The position numbers and the translations under genes are program-made. Below are positions 40,918-50,198 of a DNA stretch of 64,000 nt, in pieces; the stretch's first letter is position 1; every line of letters begins with the position of its first letter. The stretch comes from Candidatus Abawacabacteria bacterium (GTDB taxonomy: Bacteria; Patescibacteriota; Gracilibacteria; RBG-16-42-10): assembly GCA_016207805.1 (NCBI GenBank), contig JACQZO010000020.1:35634-99633 (forward strand). The letters run 5' to 3'. A model generated the notes under the pieces. That model searched no databases. It saw only the letters and a list, made by a program, of their open reading frames with translations, and was not told where the DNA came from.

Positions 40918-41670
40918 TTACAACATGCTTGCGTTCATTATAGAGAATTGTTGTCGGCATAAGTATCTTTCCGCTATTTCCAGTTCATTTTGAGCGACAA
41001 ATTGAGACCTAGAATCATCTATTACAGTACGTCCTAAATGCTCCAAAGCCTTATCTACATTCCATAAGTCAGCAATAATATTAGTACCATTATTAGATTT
41101 GGGCACACAATCAAATCCTCGCTGAACTCCTTCTACTAAATTCCTACCCCATCGCATCATTTGGCTGGAATCAAGTGTGCCAACAGTATGATTTCTAAGA
41201 CCATCAAAAGTACGGAGCTTATTTGCTACGATAGAGCACTCAAGCAATTGTCTACCAGATTGCGGGTCAGCACCCATTAACAAAGTAGATGTAATCACAC
41301 CGTTACCCAGATGTATTGTCTGAGTGACCAACAAAGGTGACCCATCGGCTTCTCGGCCAACTTGTACAGTAGGCTCCCACGCATTGTTACTATGTTTATC
41401 CTTAAGACGAAATTTATAGCCCTCCATTCCCACTGATCGATCATCGACAAAAACCATTTCACCTAATCGTATCGGTGCTTCACATTGCACCCCTTCCAAC
41501 CTAGTATCTCCATAGTTAAAACTTTTGCCAGCTAAACCAGAAAGAACCTGCGCCACTAATTGTCGAAGCGTTCCTGCTGCATCAGCTAATTCCATAAGTA
41601 GTTGCACATCAACCGATTGAGAGACTTCAATGCCACCATCTCTTAAAAAAGTAAGATCTAAACTGGCCAT
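40918..41670 (-). CDS. Orphan protein, 250 aa
   Basis: Intact ORF; no family recognised. Confidence 0.7.
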   Translation of the reverse strand: MASLDLTFLRDGGIEVSQSVDVQLLMELADAAGTLRQLVAQVLSGLAGKSFNYGDTRLEGVQCEAPIRLGEMVFVDDRSVGMEGYKFRLKDKHSNNAWEPTVQVGREADGSPLLVTQTIHLGNGVITSTLLMGADPQSGRQLLECSIVANKLRTFDGLRNHTVGTLDSSQMMRWGRNLVEGVQRGFDCVPKSNNGTNIIADLWNVDKALEHLGRTVIDDSRSQFVAQNELEIAERYLCRQQFSIMNASML

Positions 41671-41752
41671 AAAAAATCATTAGTAATAGTACGGTTTAGC
41701 ACACAGAATAAACTTTAGTCAATAATGAATAATGCAGAAGGAGTGAGAGAGT

Positions 41753-42248
41753 AGATCATGAAGACGCAGACAAAGACCAAGACAGAAGACAGGGATTACT
41801 TTTCGGACATAGCTCTGATTAATGCTGAGAGCATTCGAGCAATGATATCTAACTTGGTATAAATTTCGTGAAAAGTGGCAGACATAATATGCCCTTCTAA
41901 ATATAGAATTTTTACAACAGAGACACTTTCATGTACTGAACCACGTGCAATGGCATAAAACTTTCTTTTGTCTTTTTTATTAAATTTGCCCATTCCTTCT
42001 GAGATATTCAAGAGAATGCTTGATCCTGATCTTTGTAGTTGAGAGCGGAATTCAGCATTAATGGCCTGGTTTTTTAAACAGTACTTTACAATAAGTATGT
42101 AGCATTCTTCAGTTAACATATATACAGGCAATTTCTCAAAATAAAACATGTCGAATTAAGTAAAAGCTCTTCTTTCACGCTACCATTTTAATTATGAAAT
42201 CTTTCTCCCTGTCTTCGTTTTGGTCTTTGTCTTCGTCTTTTATGATCT
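41753..42248. repeat. 43-nt inverted repeats (41753-41795 / 42206-42248) built of AAGAC-periodic units, enclosing a four-helix-bundle gene
   Basis: agatcatgaagacgcagacaaagaccaagacagaagacaggga vs reverse complement of the right arm agatcataaaagacgaagacaaagaccaaaacgaagacaggga. Confidence 0.9.
41796..42149 (-). CDS. Four helix bundle protein (23S rRNA IVS protein / Avd-like fold)
   Basis: FEKLPVY...QLQRSGSSILLNISEG.G....KDKRKFYAIARGSVHE...IARMLSALIR signature. Confidence 0.93.
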   Translation of the reverse strand: MFYFEKLPVYMLTEECYILIVKYCLKNQAINAEFRSQLQRSGSSILLNISEGMGKFNKKDKRKFYAIARGSVHESVSVVKILYLEGHIMSATFHEIYTKLDIIARMLSALIRAMSEK

Positions 42249-42315
42249 TCCTTCCCCCTCCCTACCGACTTTCTCATTTCTATTGTATCTTATGCTCAAT
42301 TGATCAAGCTTCCTC

Positions 42316-43998
42316 ATGCCCACTTCACTAACCTGCACCCTCTGCCACTCTGCATTCGCACTTTCTGACACTGAAATCGCTTTTTTGGATCGCCTCAGTC
42401 CTATCATTGCCAATCAAAAATTCCCGCTACCCAATCCTACGCAATGCCCTAATTGTCGTCTCATTGGTCGTGTCATCAATCGTAATGAACAATTCCTTTA
42501 CAACACTAAATCTGCCCAATCAGGAAAAGATATTATTGCTTTATATTCTGCTGATTCACCAGCCAGTAATCGCTTCAAAGTGTATACGCAGGAGGAATGG
42601 TGGGAAGAAAGTATGGACCCCTTGAGCTATGGACGTGAGTACGATTTTTCTCGGCCCTTTTTTGCTCAATATGCTGATTTACATTTATCTGTCCCCAAAC
42701 CTGCGCTAAACCAAGTAAGTAATGAAAATTCACCATATACGACTGGTACTGGCTACTGTAAGAATTGTCATCTAATTAATTCTTCTGAATACTGTCAGGA
42801 TTGCTATTACGGCAAATTAATTCAAAGCTCGCGAGATATCATGGATAGTTGCTATATTTACGACTCTGAACTGTGTTACCAATGTTTCTATCTGACTAAA
42901 TGTTATGGCTGTAATTATACGTATTACAGTCAAAATTGCACTGAATGTTATTTTTCAGATAATCTCAAAGGCTGTAAGAATTGCTTTCTCTGTACCAACC
43001 TTGATAACAAACAGTATTATTTCCTCAATGAACCTTTAGAAAAAGATGCTTACATAGCAAAAGTTCACGAATTCTTGGGCTCAAAAGAGAATATTACTAA
43101 AGCATTAGCCTTATTTACTGATCTTAGAAAAAAGCGAATATATAAATATGCTAATATTACCAATTGTGAATCATCCACCGGAGATTTCTTAACAAATTGT
43201 CAGAACTGTATTGATTGTTATGACACTAATGACAGCCAAGACTGTCAGCATGTCATAGTAGGCGTAGAAATCAAAGATGTTATGGATTGCAGTAATGTTT
43301 ATGTGAAGCCGGAACTGAATTATCAAGTGATGGGAGCTTTAAATACCTATCAAGTACTTTTTGGTATTTATGTCTTTAATTCTCAAAATATTTTGTATAG
43401 CCAGTTTTGCTACAATTCTAATAATCTTTTTGGCTGTAATGGCATGAAAAAAAATGAATATTGTATTCTCAATAAACAGTATTCTAAATCTGAGTATGAA
43501 GCATTGGTCCCGAAGATTATTGCTCACATGAAAAGTACTCAAGAATGGGGTGAGTTTTTCCCACCAACCCTATCCCCATTTTCCTACAATGAAACAGTAG
43601 CCAATGAATATTTACCTTTAACTCAAGAAGCAGCACAAAAAAGAGGCTATAGCTGGAAAGAAAAAAATCAGAAAGATTATCAACCTCAAAACTATCATGT
43701 TCCAAGCAAAATCAGTGAGGTGAAAGATGATATCCTCCAAGCTATTTTAGCCTGCAGCACTTGTGGCAAAAACTATCGCATTTTGCCCCAAGAGCTACGA
43801 AAGTTGAGAGACACGAATTTTCCTATTCCCGAAAAGTGTCCTGACTGTCGCCACAGCGAACGCATGAGCTTGCGCAATCCTCGCAAATTATATGAGCGTC
43901 AGTGCAGCAATTGTTCACTATCAATTATCAGTCCTTTTGCTCCTACTAGAGAAGAAAAGGTTTATTGTGAACAATGCTATTTACAAAATGTATTATAA
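42316..43998 (+). CDS. Cys-rich zinc-ribbon/solenoid paralog 20
   Basis: 560 aa, family motifs; last copy of the array. Confidence 0.93.
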   Translation: MPTSLTCTLCHSAFALSDTEIAFLDRLSPIIANQKFPLPNPTQCPNCRLIGRVINRNEQFLYNTKSAQSGKDIIALYSADSPASNRFKVYTQEEWWEESMDPLSYGREYDFSRPFFAQYADLHLSVPKPALNQVSNENSPYTTGTGYCKNCHLINSSEYCQDCYYGKLIQSSRDIMDSCYIYDSELCYQCFYLTKCYGCNYTYYSQNCTECYFSDNLKGCKNCFLCTNLDNKQYYFLNEPLEKDAYIAKVHEFLGSKENITKALALFTDLRKKRIYKYANITNCESSTGDFLTNCQNCIDCYDTNDSQDCQHVIVGVEIKDVMDCSNVYVKPELNYQVMGALNTYQVLFGIYVFNSQNILYSQFCYNSNNLFGCNGMKKNEYCILNKQYSKSEYEALVPKIIAHMKSTQEWGEFFPPTLSPFSYNETVANEYLPLTQEAAQKRGYSWKEKNQKDYQPQNYHVPSKISEVKDDILQAILACSTCGKNYRILPQELRKLRDTNFPIPEKCPDCRHSERMSLRNPRKLYERQCSNCSLSIISPFAPTREEKVYCEQCYLQNVL

Positions 43999-44006
43999 AT
44001 AGCTGA

Positions 44007-45077
44007 TTATCTGAGCGCCTTTAATGACCCCGATGAACTTCTGGTCGAATTATGGACAGATCTCATATGGTGGCCAAGCCATTCTGACCATGGCGGTCTC
44101 TTTCTGAGAGCACGTGTTTGGAGAGATTGTAATGTCCTGCGTTGAAACCCCTGTACTGCTTTAACTTTTGTGTGAAAGTTTTCTGAACTTATTTCTACCC
44201 AATGCATATCAGAAGGCACTGATGAAGAAAGTCCATACCCTTCGGCTTGCAGTACCATAGCCATTTTTGCCCGTACATCTCTAGTGTGGCGATTCTGACT
44301 AAGCTCTAACTTTAACAAAGCTTGAGCAAATGGTAGTTTCGCTTTATCCGGAATTGCATCTCTAAGGACATCATTAATATGCTGGCCAGGAGCCAAATGA
44401 CAACTTGATAGCACATGATCCCTTTTAGACATCAATACATTACCCCCTCCTTCAGAAAGAACTAAAGGCAAAACTTCCACATCTACTCCCGAGGTAAGTG
44501 CGTCCAAGATTACGCCACGAACAGCACAAGCAGCAAAAACCCTCCTTAAATAAGGCTCTAAATTAGGCACAAAATTACCACTTTCCCGATCAGGATCAGG
44601 ACTAGCCAGCTCTAAAAACCTTTGTTCTGTAAGCCATTCTACCTTATCGTGGCCATGCCTTTCTGGCTTCAAAGCTAATCGAGATGACTTTTTTAAGACC
44701 GCCACAATACGATGAATCAAAAAACGATATTTCCCATCCTCAGTATCATAATAAGGACAGTCTCTATCCAATTGCCAAACATCCCAATAGTGCTGGCCCA
44801 CAATCATACCAATTTCTTCCTCTAGTTCACGCAATATAGTAAACCACAAATTCCTATCCTCAGGACTTTCTTTACCACTAATAAGCTCCCATTTTCCCCC
44901 ATTACGCACGGAATCGCTCCTTCTCCTAGCTATTAAAACCGCTTTAAAATCAGCCCTCAGCATAGCAACGGATGCTACGATAACTTTTTTTCGTAAATCA
45001 TCCCCAGTTTCACTAGGTGACGGCGGAGTCGAAGGAGGAATTGATCCCACAAGATCATGATGAAGAATTGAAGCCAT
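44007..45077 (-). CDS. NUDIX-domain protein with unknown C-terminal extension
   Basis: VLIARRR...GGKWELISGKESPED....TILRELEEEIG Nudix box; TTGACA-16-TATTTT at 45123-45096 favours ATG 45077. Confidence 0.75.
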   Translation of the reverse strand: MASILHHDLVGSIPPSTPPSPSETGDDLRKKVIVASVAMLRADFKAVLIARRRSDSVRNGGKWELISGKESPEDRNLWFTILRELEEEIGMIVGQHYWDVWQLDRDCPYYDTEDGKYRFLIHRIVAVLKKSSRLALKPERHGHDKVEWLTEQRFLELASPDPDRESGNFVPNLEPYLRRVFAACAVRGVILDALTSGVDVEVLPLVLSEGGGNVLMSKRDHVLSSCHLAPGQHINDVLRDAIPDKAKLPFAQALLKLELSQNRHTRDVRAKMAMVLQAEGYGLSSSVPSDMHWVEISSENFHTKVKAVQGFQRRTLQSLQTRALRKRPPWSEWLGHHMRSVHNSTRSSSGSLKALR

Positions 45078-45232
45078 ATGCAAAAGCCGGAAAATAAAAT
45101 ACCACATCAATAAAGGATGTCAATAGTCTTAGCGTTGTTTTAGTCCATCAACCACTATTAGTTGATTTTTACTATCAGCCGATCACCAGCATTATTATCC
45201 GGCCCAGGTCATATTACTGGTGAGAAGCAGCA

Positions 45233-46318
45233 TTAACTTACTATCAAGCCCATCAGGTAAAGCCGTGCCGCCTCATAACGCTCACGAGGTATTCTTCGCC
45301 AGGTGCCAAAATGATCAAGAATATCTTGCAAATGATTCAACACAACTTCCTTCTTTAGCAGAGTCCACCAGTTTGCTGGCAATTGACTAATTGCCTCAGG
45401 ATAATGTTGTACTAAAGAATAGGTAATAGTCGCCAAGCTAGCACGTTCACGAGTAATTGAATCTGCAACACCGCTACAACGTCTTCGTTCCTGATGATTT
45501 GAAATTTTTGTATTCAATAAATCAAGCACCCAATCATAGTGAGACTGAGCTACAGAAGAAGTTCGTCCGATATAGATAGCTGAATCATTGCGCCCCATAG
45601 CAATATCTAAAGCGTTTGGCATAGTCCTATTCACATCAGGTTCCACTCCTAACTCAATCCCAAGAGTAAGAACAAAAGCACGTTCACGATCGGCACCATT
45701 AGCACTCTGAAGCCAAGCTTGAATTTTATCAGTATATAATCTTTCCCATACTGGTAGAATGGCATGTACAGGATAACTATCTCTATGGGTAGAAGAATCC
45801 CATCTAGCTACCTCACAGGCATTATTATAGTTAGTATTACTCGGACCAATGTCGGGCCCAAACTGGCTAATAAATGCTGCATGGATGCCTTCAGCTTTTT
45901 CTCTACGAGAACGTGCCTGATCCACCCTGGCACTAATGTCAGCAACCCAGCTCTCAGAAATACTTTGAGCAGTGATAGCCGCTTCATTAGCAGCTCGCTC
46001 TTGTTGTTGAGCAAAACGTTCCTGAGCAAGATGAGTGAGAGCAGAAGAAGCGGACTCATTAGTAACTAACAAAGAATGGTGAGAAGGTAGCGAATCAGTT
46101 GAGTTATTTGTGATCGGCCTATGAATTATTCCATCTGAATTCACCTGGGCTGTTTCGTTCCTATGGGCAGAAGGATTGGAAGGCTCACCTGAATTCAGTA
46201 TATGTTTAATAGCCCCCACTAAACCAAGTGTAGCAACCAAGGCCAAAACTTTTCTATCAATTTTTAATCTTTTTCTAGATTCAAGAGAGTGATCTGATTC
46301 TGAAGGCAACCGAGACAT
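45233..46318 (-). CDS. Orphan membrane-anchored protein, 361 aa
   Basis: Basic N-terminus, then VLALVATLGLVGAI, then a Ser/Asn linker. Confidence 0.75.
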   Translation of the reverse strand: MSRLPSESDHSLESRKRLKIDRKVLALVATLGLVGAIKHILNSGEPSNPSAHRNETAQVNSDGIIHRPITNNSTDSLPSHHSLLVTNESASSALTHLAQERFAQQQERAANEAAITAQSISESWVADISARVDQARSRREKAEGIHAAFISQFGPDIGPSNTNYNNACEVARWDSSTHRDSYPVHAILPVWERLYTDKIQAWLQSANGADRERAFVLTLGIELGVEPDVNRTMPNALDIAMGRNDSAIYIGRTSSVAQSHYDWVLDLLNTKISNHQERRRCSGVADSITRERASLATITYSLVQHYPEAISQLPANWWTLLKKEVVLNHLQDILDHFGTWRRIPRERYEAARLYLMGLIVS

Positions 46319-46621
46319 ATTGTATTTTTATAAATAATACCATAAATGCATTGAATCACCTATGCTACTCACATAAAAAAGCCATAGATCATTTACTTAA
46401 TTTTATTCATCTTCGATCTCCTGGTATGCCTGCGTGCATTAGCACTTCCTCTTGCGCAAAGCCTTCAGAGGACACAGTCGGCAGCCTAACACTGCACTGG
46501 CTCAGCTGCTGGCCTTTTATTCATAATAACGTACATGTAAAATTAGCCTATCAGCGTTGGCCTACCTACACCGAAAGTTTCGGCAGACTGGCCTGCCAAC
46601 CGAAGCTCGCAGAGCGCAGGT

Positions 46622-46711
46622 TGGCGGAGAGAAGGAGATTCGAACTCCTGATCCCCTTGCGAGGATGCACGCTTTCCAAGCGTGTGCACTAGACCACTAT
46701 GCGATCTCTCC
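46622..46711 (-). tRNA. tRNA-Ser(GGA)
   Basis: GGAGAGA acceptor stem, CACGC-TT-GGA-AA-GCGTG anticodon arm, long variable arm, GTTCGAAT, encoded CCA. Confidence 0.97.
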
Positions 46712-46883
46712 AAATAAAAGAATGAAGAATGAAGCGAGGAGAATGTGGATTAGAAAGACCTGCTTTCCCATTATTCTTATCCTTATACTAATCCTTCGAG
46801 TCCGTTTCGACTGTCCTTTACAAAAAGGCAGCCTTATTAATCGAGGATAAAGATTAGGATAAGACGAGTTCCTTCGGACTCGT

Positions 46884-46969
46884 TGGTGGGCCGGGACGGA
46901 TTCGAACCGCCGAAGGCGTAAGCCAGCAGATTTACAGTCTGCCCCGTTTGGCCACTTCGGTACCGACCC
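46884..46969 (-). tRNA. tRNA-Tyr(GTA)
   Basis: GGGTCGG acceptor stem, GCAGA-CT-GTA-AA-TCTGC anticodon arm, variable arm, GTTCGAATC, encoded CCA. Confidence 0.97.
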
Positions 46970-46984
46970 CCATAAAGCGCTCAC

Positions 46985-47013
46985 ACTCTATAAACTTCTG
47001 CTTGCCACGTCAA
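46985..47013 (-). promoter_or_regulatory. Promoter of the tRNA-Tyr/tRNA-Ser pair
   Basis: TTGACG-17 nt-TAGAGT ending 15 nt upstream of tRNA-Tyr. Confidence 0.6.
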
Positions 47014-47017
47014 CACG

Positions 47018-47110
47018 GAATTAGAATTATAGATTCTAGATTCTAAAATCTAGATGAAATATAGTGAAGAAGTCTCCCATTTCTAATTCCTAATTACTAA
47101 TTCACAATTT
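47018..47110. repeat. Heptamer arms upstream of the ABC-F gene
   Basis: ggaattagaattatagattctagattcta ... atttctaattcctaattactaattcacaatt. Confidence 0.65.
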
Positions 47111-47114
47111 TCTT

Positions 47115-48539
47115 GTGCTTCAAATCACCAATCTCACTATCAATCACACTGGCACTGACTTACTCAAAGACTTCAGCGTTAATATCGAGGGTAAAGCAAA
47201 AAAACGGATTGCTATTGTCGGCAAAAATGGTTCTGGCAAATCTTCACTATTAAAAAGCATCGTGGGTATTTATGAAACGATTCCGGGTGAAGTGAATATT
47301 TATCAAGAAATAGTTTCCTATCTACCGCAAGAACCAAATTTCGGCGAGCATCAATTAGTGGGAGAATATTTAGAGAGCTTGATGGCGGAAGCATGGCACA
47401 ATTACAAAGTGGATATTGCCATGCAAGCTGTGGGCTTAGCACCAGAATACTTAATCGCTGAAATACATCACTTGAGTGGCGGCGAAAAAATTAAGGTTGC
47501 CCTAGCCGGATTATTACTGAGTGAGCCCACAATTTTACTTTTAGACGAACCAACCAATAATCTTGATCAAAAAGGTATTGATTGGCTAGAAGACTTTATC
47601 CGCAACTTCAAAGGCACCATTTTGATTGTTTCTCATGATCGCAGTCTTATCTGCCATGTTATCCCAGAGATCTGGGAAATGGATAGTCAATATCAGACTA
47701 TCCAGAAATATACAGGCAACTATGAAAACTTCTTAATCCAAAGAGCACATTATCGTAATCGTCTTCTCCATCAATATGAAAAAGAGGAAGCAGAAATCGA
47801 AGAACTTCGTCTCTGGGTAAGAGCCAACAGCAATCAGCAAAAGTTACGCTTTAGCAGCTTACTAGCGAGCAAAAAAGCCGCACTGGAAAGAGCTCAAGAA
47901 CAACACATTAGTAAACCAATTATTGATCCAGTAATGAAACCTGCTAGGATTCCTGCCACTACTATTGGCTTAGCCTTAAAAGTTGATATTCAAGGGAAAC
48001 AATTTGCTGATAAACAATTACTTGCTGGGGTGAAGTTCAAAGTTCATGGTACCGAGAAAGTATTGATCCAAGGTAAAAATGGAGCCGGGAAAACTACTCT
48101 ACTCAACATTCTCGCCGGTTTAGATACAGACTATCAAGGCTTAGTAGAATATGGTGACAAATTAGTAATCGGTTATTTACGTCAACACAGTGAACTAGCG
48201 AAAAACAAAACTGTACTTGATGCCTTCAGTGATGCTACCAGAAAACCAGAAAGCATTGCTCGTAGTATTCTCCATCGCTTTCTTTTCCCCACCGACTTTA
48301 TCGACAACAAAATTGTCACTTTAAGTTATGGTGAACAAAGACGTTTAGAATTAGCTATTATGCTTTGCCAAGAACCTAGTTTATTAATTTTAGATGAACC
48401 CACGAATCATCTCGATATTTTCTCCCGCGAAGTGCTAGAAAAACTTATTATCGAACAACCTATTCCCATGATCATTGTCTCTCATGATCGTTATTTTATT
48501 GAAAAGCTGAGAATAGAAAAGATTATTACCATTGAGTAA
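47115..48539 (+). CDS. ABC-F family ATPase
   Basis: Two ABC domains (GKNGSGKS/LSGGE/LLLDEPTNN; GKNGAGKT/LSYGE/LILDEPTNH), no TM segments. Confidence 0.93.
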   Translation: MLQITNLTINHTGTDLLKDFSVNIEGKAKKRIAIVGKNGSGKSSLLKSIVGIYETIPGEVNIYQEIVSYLPQEPNFGEHQLVGEYLESLMAEAWHNYKVDIAMQAVGLAPEYLIAEIHHLSGGEKIKVALAGLLLSEPTILLLDEPTNNLDQKGIDWLEDFIRNFKGTILIVSHDRSLICHVIPEIWEMDSQYQTIQKYTGNYENFLIQRAHYRNRLLHQYEKEEAEIEELRLWVRANSNQQKLRFSSLLASKKAALERAQEQHISKPIIDPVMKPARIPATTIGLALKVDIQGKQFADKQLLAGVKFKVHGTEKVLIQGKNGAGKTTLLNILAGLDTDYQGLVEYGDKLVIGYLRQHSELAKNKTVLDAFSDATRKPESIARSILHRFLFPTDFIDNKIVTLSYGEQRRLELAIMLCQEPSLLILDEPTNHLDIFSREVLEKLIIEQPIPMIIVSHDRYFIEKLRIEKIITIE

Positions 48540-48613
48540 TTAGGTATATAGTGCAATTAGTAAGAGGTATCTCCAACTTAGCATGTTTCCTTATCCTAAT
48601 TCCTTCCATTTTC

Positions 48614-48644
48614 ATTTGTAATTCGTAATTAGTAATTCGCAATT
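48614..48644. repeat. ATT(T/C)GTA heptamer arm before the msrB start
   Basis: atttgtaattcgtaattagtaattcgcaatt. Confidence 0.8.
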
Positions 48645-48647
48645 GTT

Positions 48648-49025
48648 ATGATTGATTTTAAAGACCAACTTACCCCTGAGCAATACAACATTTGTTTTTT
48701 AAAGGGTACCGAGCCACCATTTTCTGGTAAGTATTATCAAAATAAGGAACCCGGAGTATATCATTGTGCTGCTTGCAAAAATCCCCTTTTCTCTTCCGAG
48801 ACAAAGTTTGATTCAGGGACAGGTTGGCCCAGCTTTTGGGACCCGATGTATCAGGCAAATATTAAAAAAGTTCTTGATGAAGGTCATGGTATGGTGCGCA
48901 CAGAAGTAACCTGTGCCAATTGTGGCGCTCATCTCGGTCACGTTTTTGATGATGGCCCCGCTCCGACAAATCAACGCTACTGCATCAATTCTTTAGCATT
49001 AGATTTTATCCCTAAAGCATCATGA
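48648..49025 (+). CDS. msrB: Peptide-methionine (R)-S-oxide reductase
   Basis: [33 protein letters not shown]. Confidence 0.97.
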   Translation: MIDFKDQLTPEQYNICFLKGTEPPFSGKYYQNKEPGVYHCAACKNPLFSSETKFDSGTGWPSFWDPMYQANIKKVLDEGHGMVRTEVTCANCGAHLGHVFDDGPAPTNQRYCINSLALDFIPKAS

Positions 49026-49477
49026 TGTTAAAAGCCTACTATCATTCTCCCATCGGGATAATCGAGATCACTAGCCAGAATAGCGCTATTCATTCCATTC
49101 TGTTTGTGGAACAAGCATTCAAGAATGATGCAGATGAATTGCTCAATAATTGCCTACTCCAGTTAGACGAATACTTCCAAGGACAAAGAAAAGAATTTAG
49201 TATCCCTTATCAACAAGAAGGCACCGCTTTCCAGCAAAAAGTATGGGAAGCTCTGACCCATATTCCTTATGGCCAAACCTGGTCCTATAGCGACCAAGCT
49301 AAATTCATTCACAAATCCCAAGCCATCAGAGCTGTAGGAGGCACCAATGGCAAAAATCAACTAACTATCCTAGTGCCCTGCCATCGCGTAATAGGCAAAG
49401 ATGGTTCACTAACTGGCTATGGTGGTACTCTCCCCCGAAAAAAGTGGCTGCTAGAACATGAAAGAAAATTCAGCTAG
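49022..49477 (+). CDS. ogt: Methylated-DNA--protein-cysteine methyltransferase
   Basis: [25 protein letters not shown] active site. Confidence 0.95.
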   Translation: MMLKAYYHSPIGIIEITSQNSAIHSILFVEQAFKNDADELLNNCLLQLDEYFQGQRKEFSIPYQQEGTAFQQKVWEALTHIPYGQTWSYSDQAKFIHKSQAIRAVGGTNGKNQLTILVPCHRVIGKDGSLTGYGGTLPRKKWLLEHERKFS

Positions 49478-49529
49478 ACTCAATACACAATAAGGACTAG
49501 CAAATCTTTGTCCCATTACTTGTGCCTTC

Positions 49530-49560
49530 ATTTGTAATTCGTAATTCATAATTTGTAATT
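49530..49560. repeat. ATT(T/C)GTA heptamer arm before the nitroreductase start
   Basis: atttgtaattcgtaattcataatttgtaatt. Confidence 0.8.
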
Positions 49561-49563
49561 TCT

Positions 49564-50193
49564 ATGTCTTTCCTCGATTCCCTCAATTGGCGTTATGCAA
49601 CCAAAGTATTCGATACCAATAAAAAATTGTCAGCAGAACAACTTCATCTCGTTACTGAATCTTTACGCTTATCTCCCTCTTCTTTTGGCTTACAACCATG
49701 GAAGTTTGTAGTAGTAAGTGATCCAGCCCTCAGAGTAAAGTTGCGCGAAGCTGCCTGGGGACAAGCTCAAGTTACCGACGCATCTCATTTAATTGTTTTA
49801 TGTACCTTAAATACACTTGATACAGCCTACATTGATAGATTTGTGGATTTCATTGTCCAAGAAAACGGTGCTCCAAGAGAAGCATTACAAGGTTATCGTG
49901 ACATGATGGTTGGTTCCATATCCCCACTTAATCCTGAACAATTACAAGCATGGATGCAAAAACAAGTTTACATAGCCCTAGGCGTAGCATTAAGCGCATG
50001 TGCTGTTAATCAAATTGATGCCGCACCGATGGAAGGCTTTGACAAAAATAAATTTGACGAAATTCTAGGACTGAATGCATTAGGAATAAAATCTGCTGTA
50101 CTTTGTGCTGTAGGTTTTAGAAGTGACACGGACAGCAATGCTCAGCAACAAAAAGTACGTTGGCCAGAAAACGAAGTAATTATGGGGAAATAA
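49564..50193 (+). CDS. NAD(P)H-dependent nitroreductase (NfsB-like)
   Basis: WRYATK.FD, LSPSSFGLQPW, PMEGFD motifs. Confidence 0.93.
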   Translation: MSFLDSLNWRYATKVFDTNKKLSAEQLHLVTESLRLSPSSFGLQPWKFVVVSDPALRVKLREAAWGQAQVTDASHLIVLCTLNTLDTAYIDRFVDFIVQENGAPREALQGYRDMMVGSISPLNPEQLQAWMQKQVYIALGVALSACAVNQIDAAPMEGFDKNKFDEILGLNALGIKSAVLCAVGFRSDTDSNAQQQKVRWPENEVIMGK

Positions 50194-50198
50194 TATAT

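Noticed and set aside
41753..42248. Classical IS element
   Set aside because: Inverted repeats are present, but the enclosed ORF is a four-helix-bundle protein, not a transposase, and no target-site duplication is evident
1..43998. Diversity-generating retroelement acting on the paralogs (Avd-like genes are present)
   Set aside because: No reverse transcriptase in the window and no TR/VR pair differing only at adenines was seen; an RT elsewhere in the genome cannot be excluded
1..43998. Integron cassette array
   Set aside because: No intI and no consistent RYYYAAC...GTTRRRY attC sites at gene junctions
985..43998. Multiheme cytochrome or ferredoxin annotation for the Cys-rich family
   Set aside because: CxxCH occurs only sporadically and is not conserved, there is no export signal, and no conserved CxxCxxCxxxCP motif; Cys spacing follows the solenoid period
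46351..46984. ORFs 46351..46692, 46557..46850 and 46697..46984
   Set aside because: They overlap the two tRNA genes and their trailers; spurious
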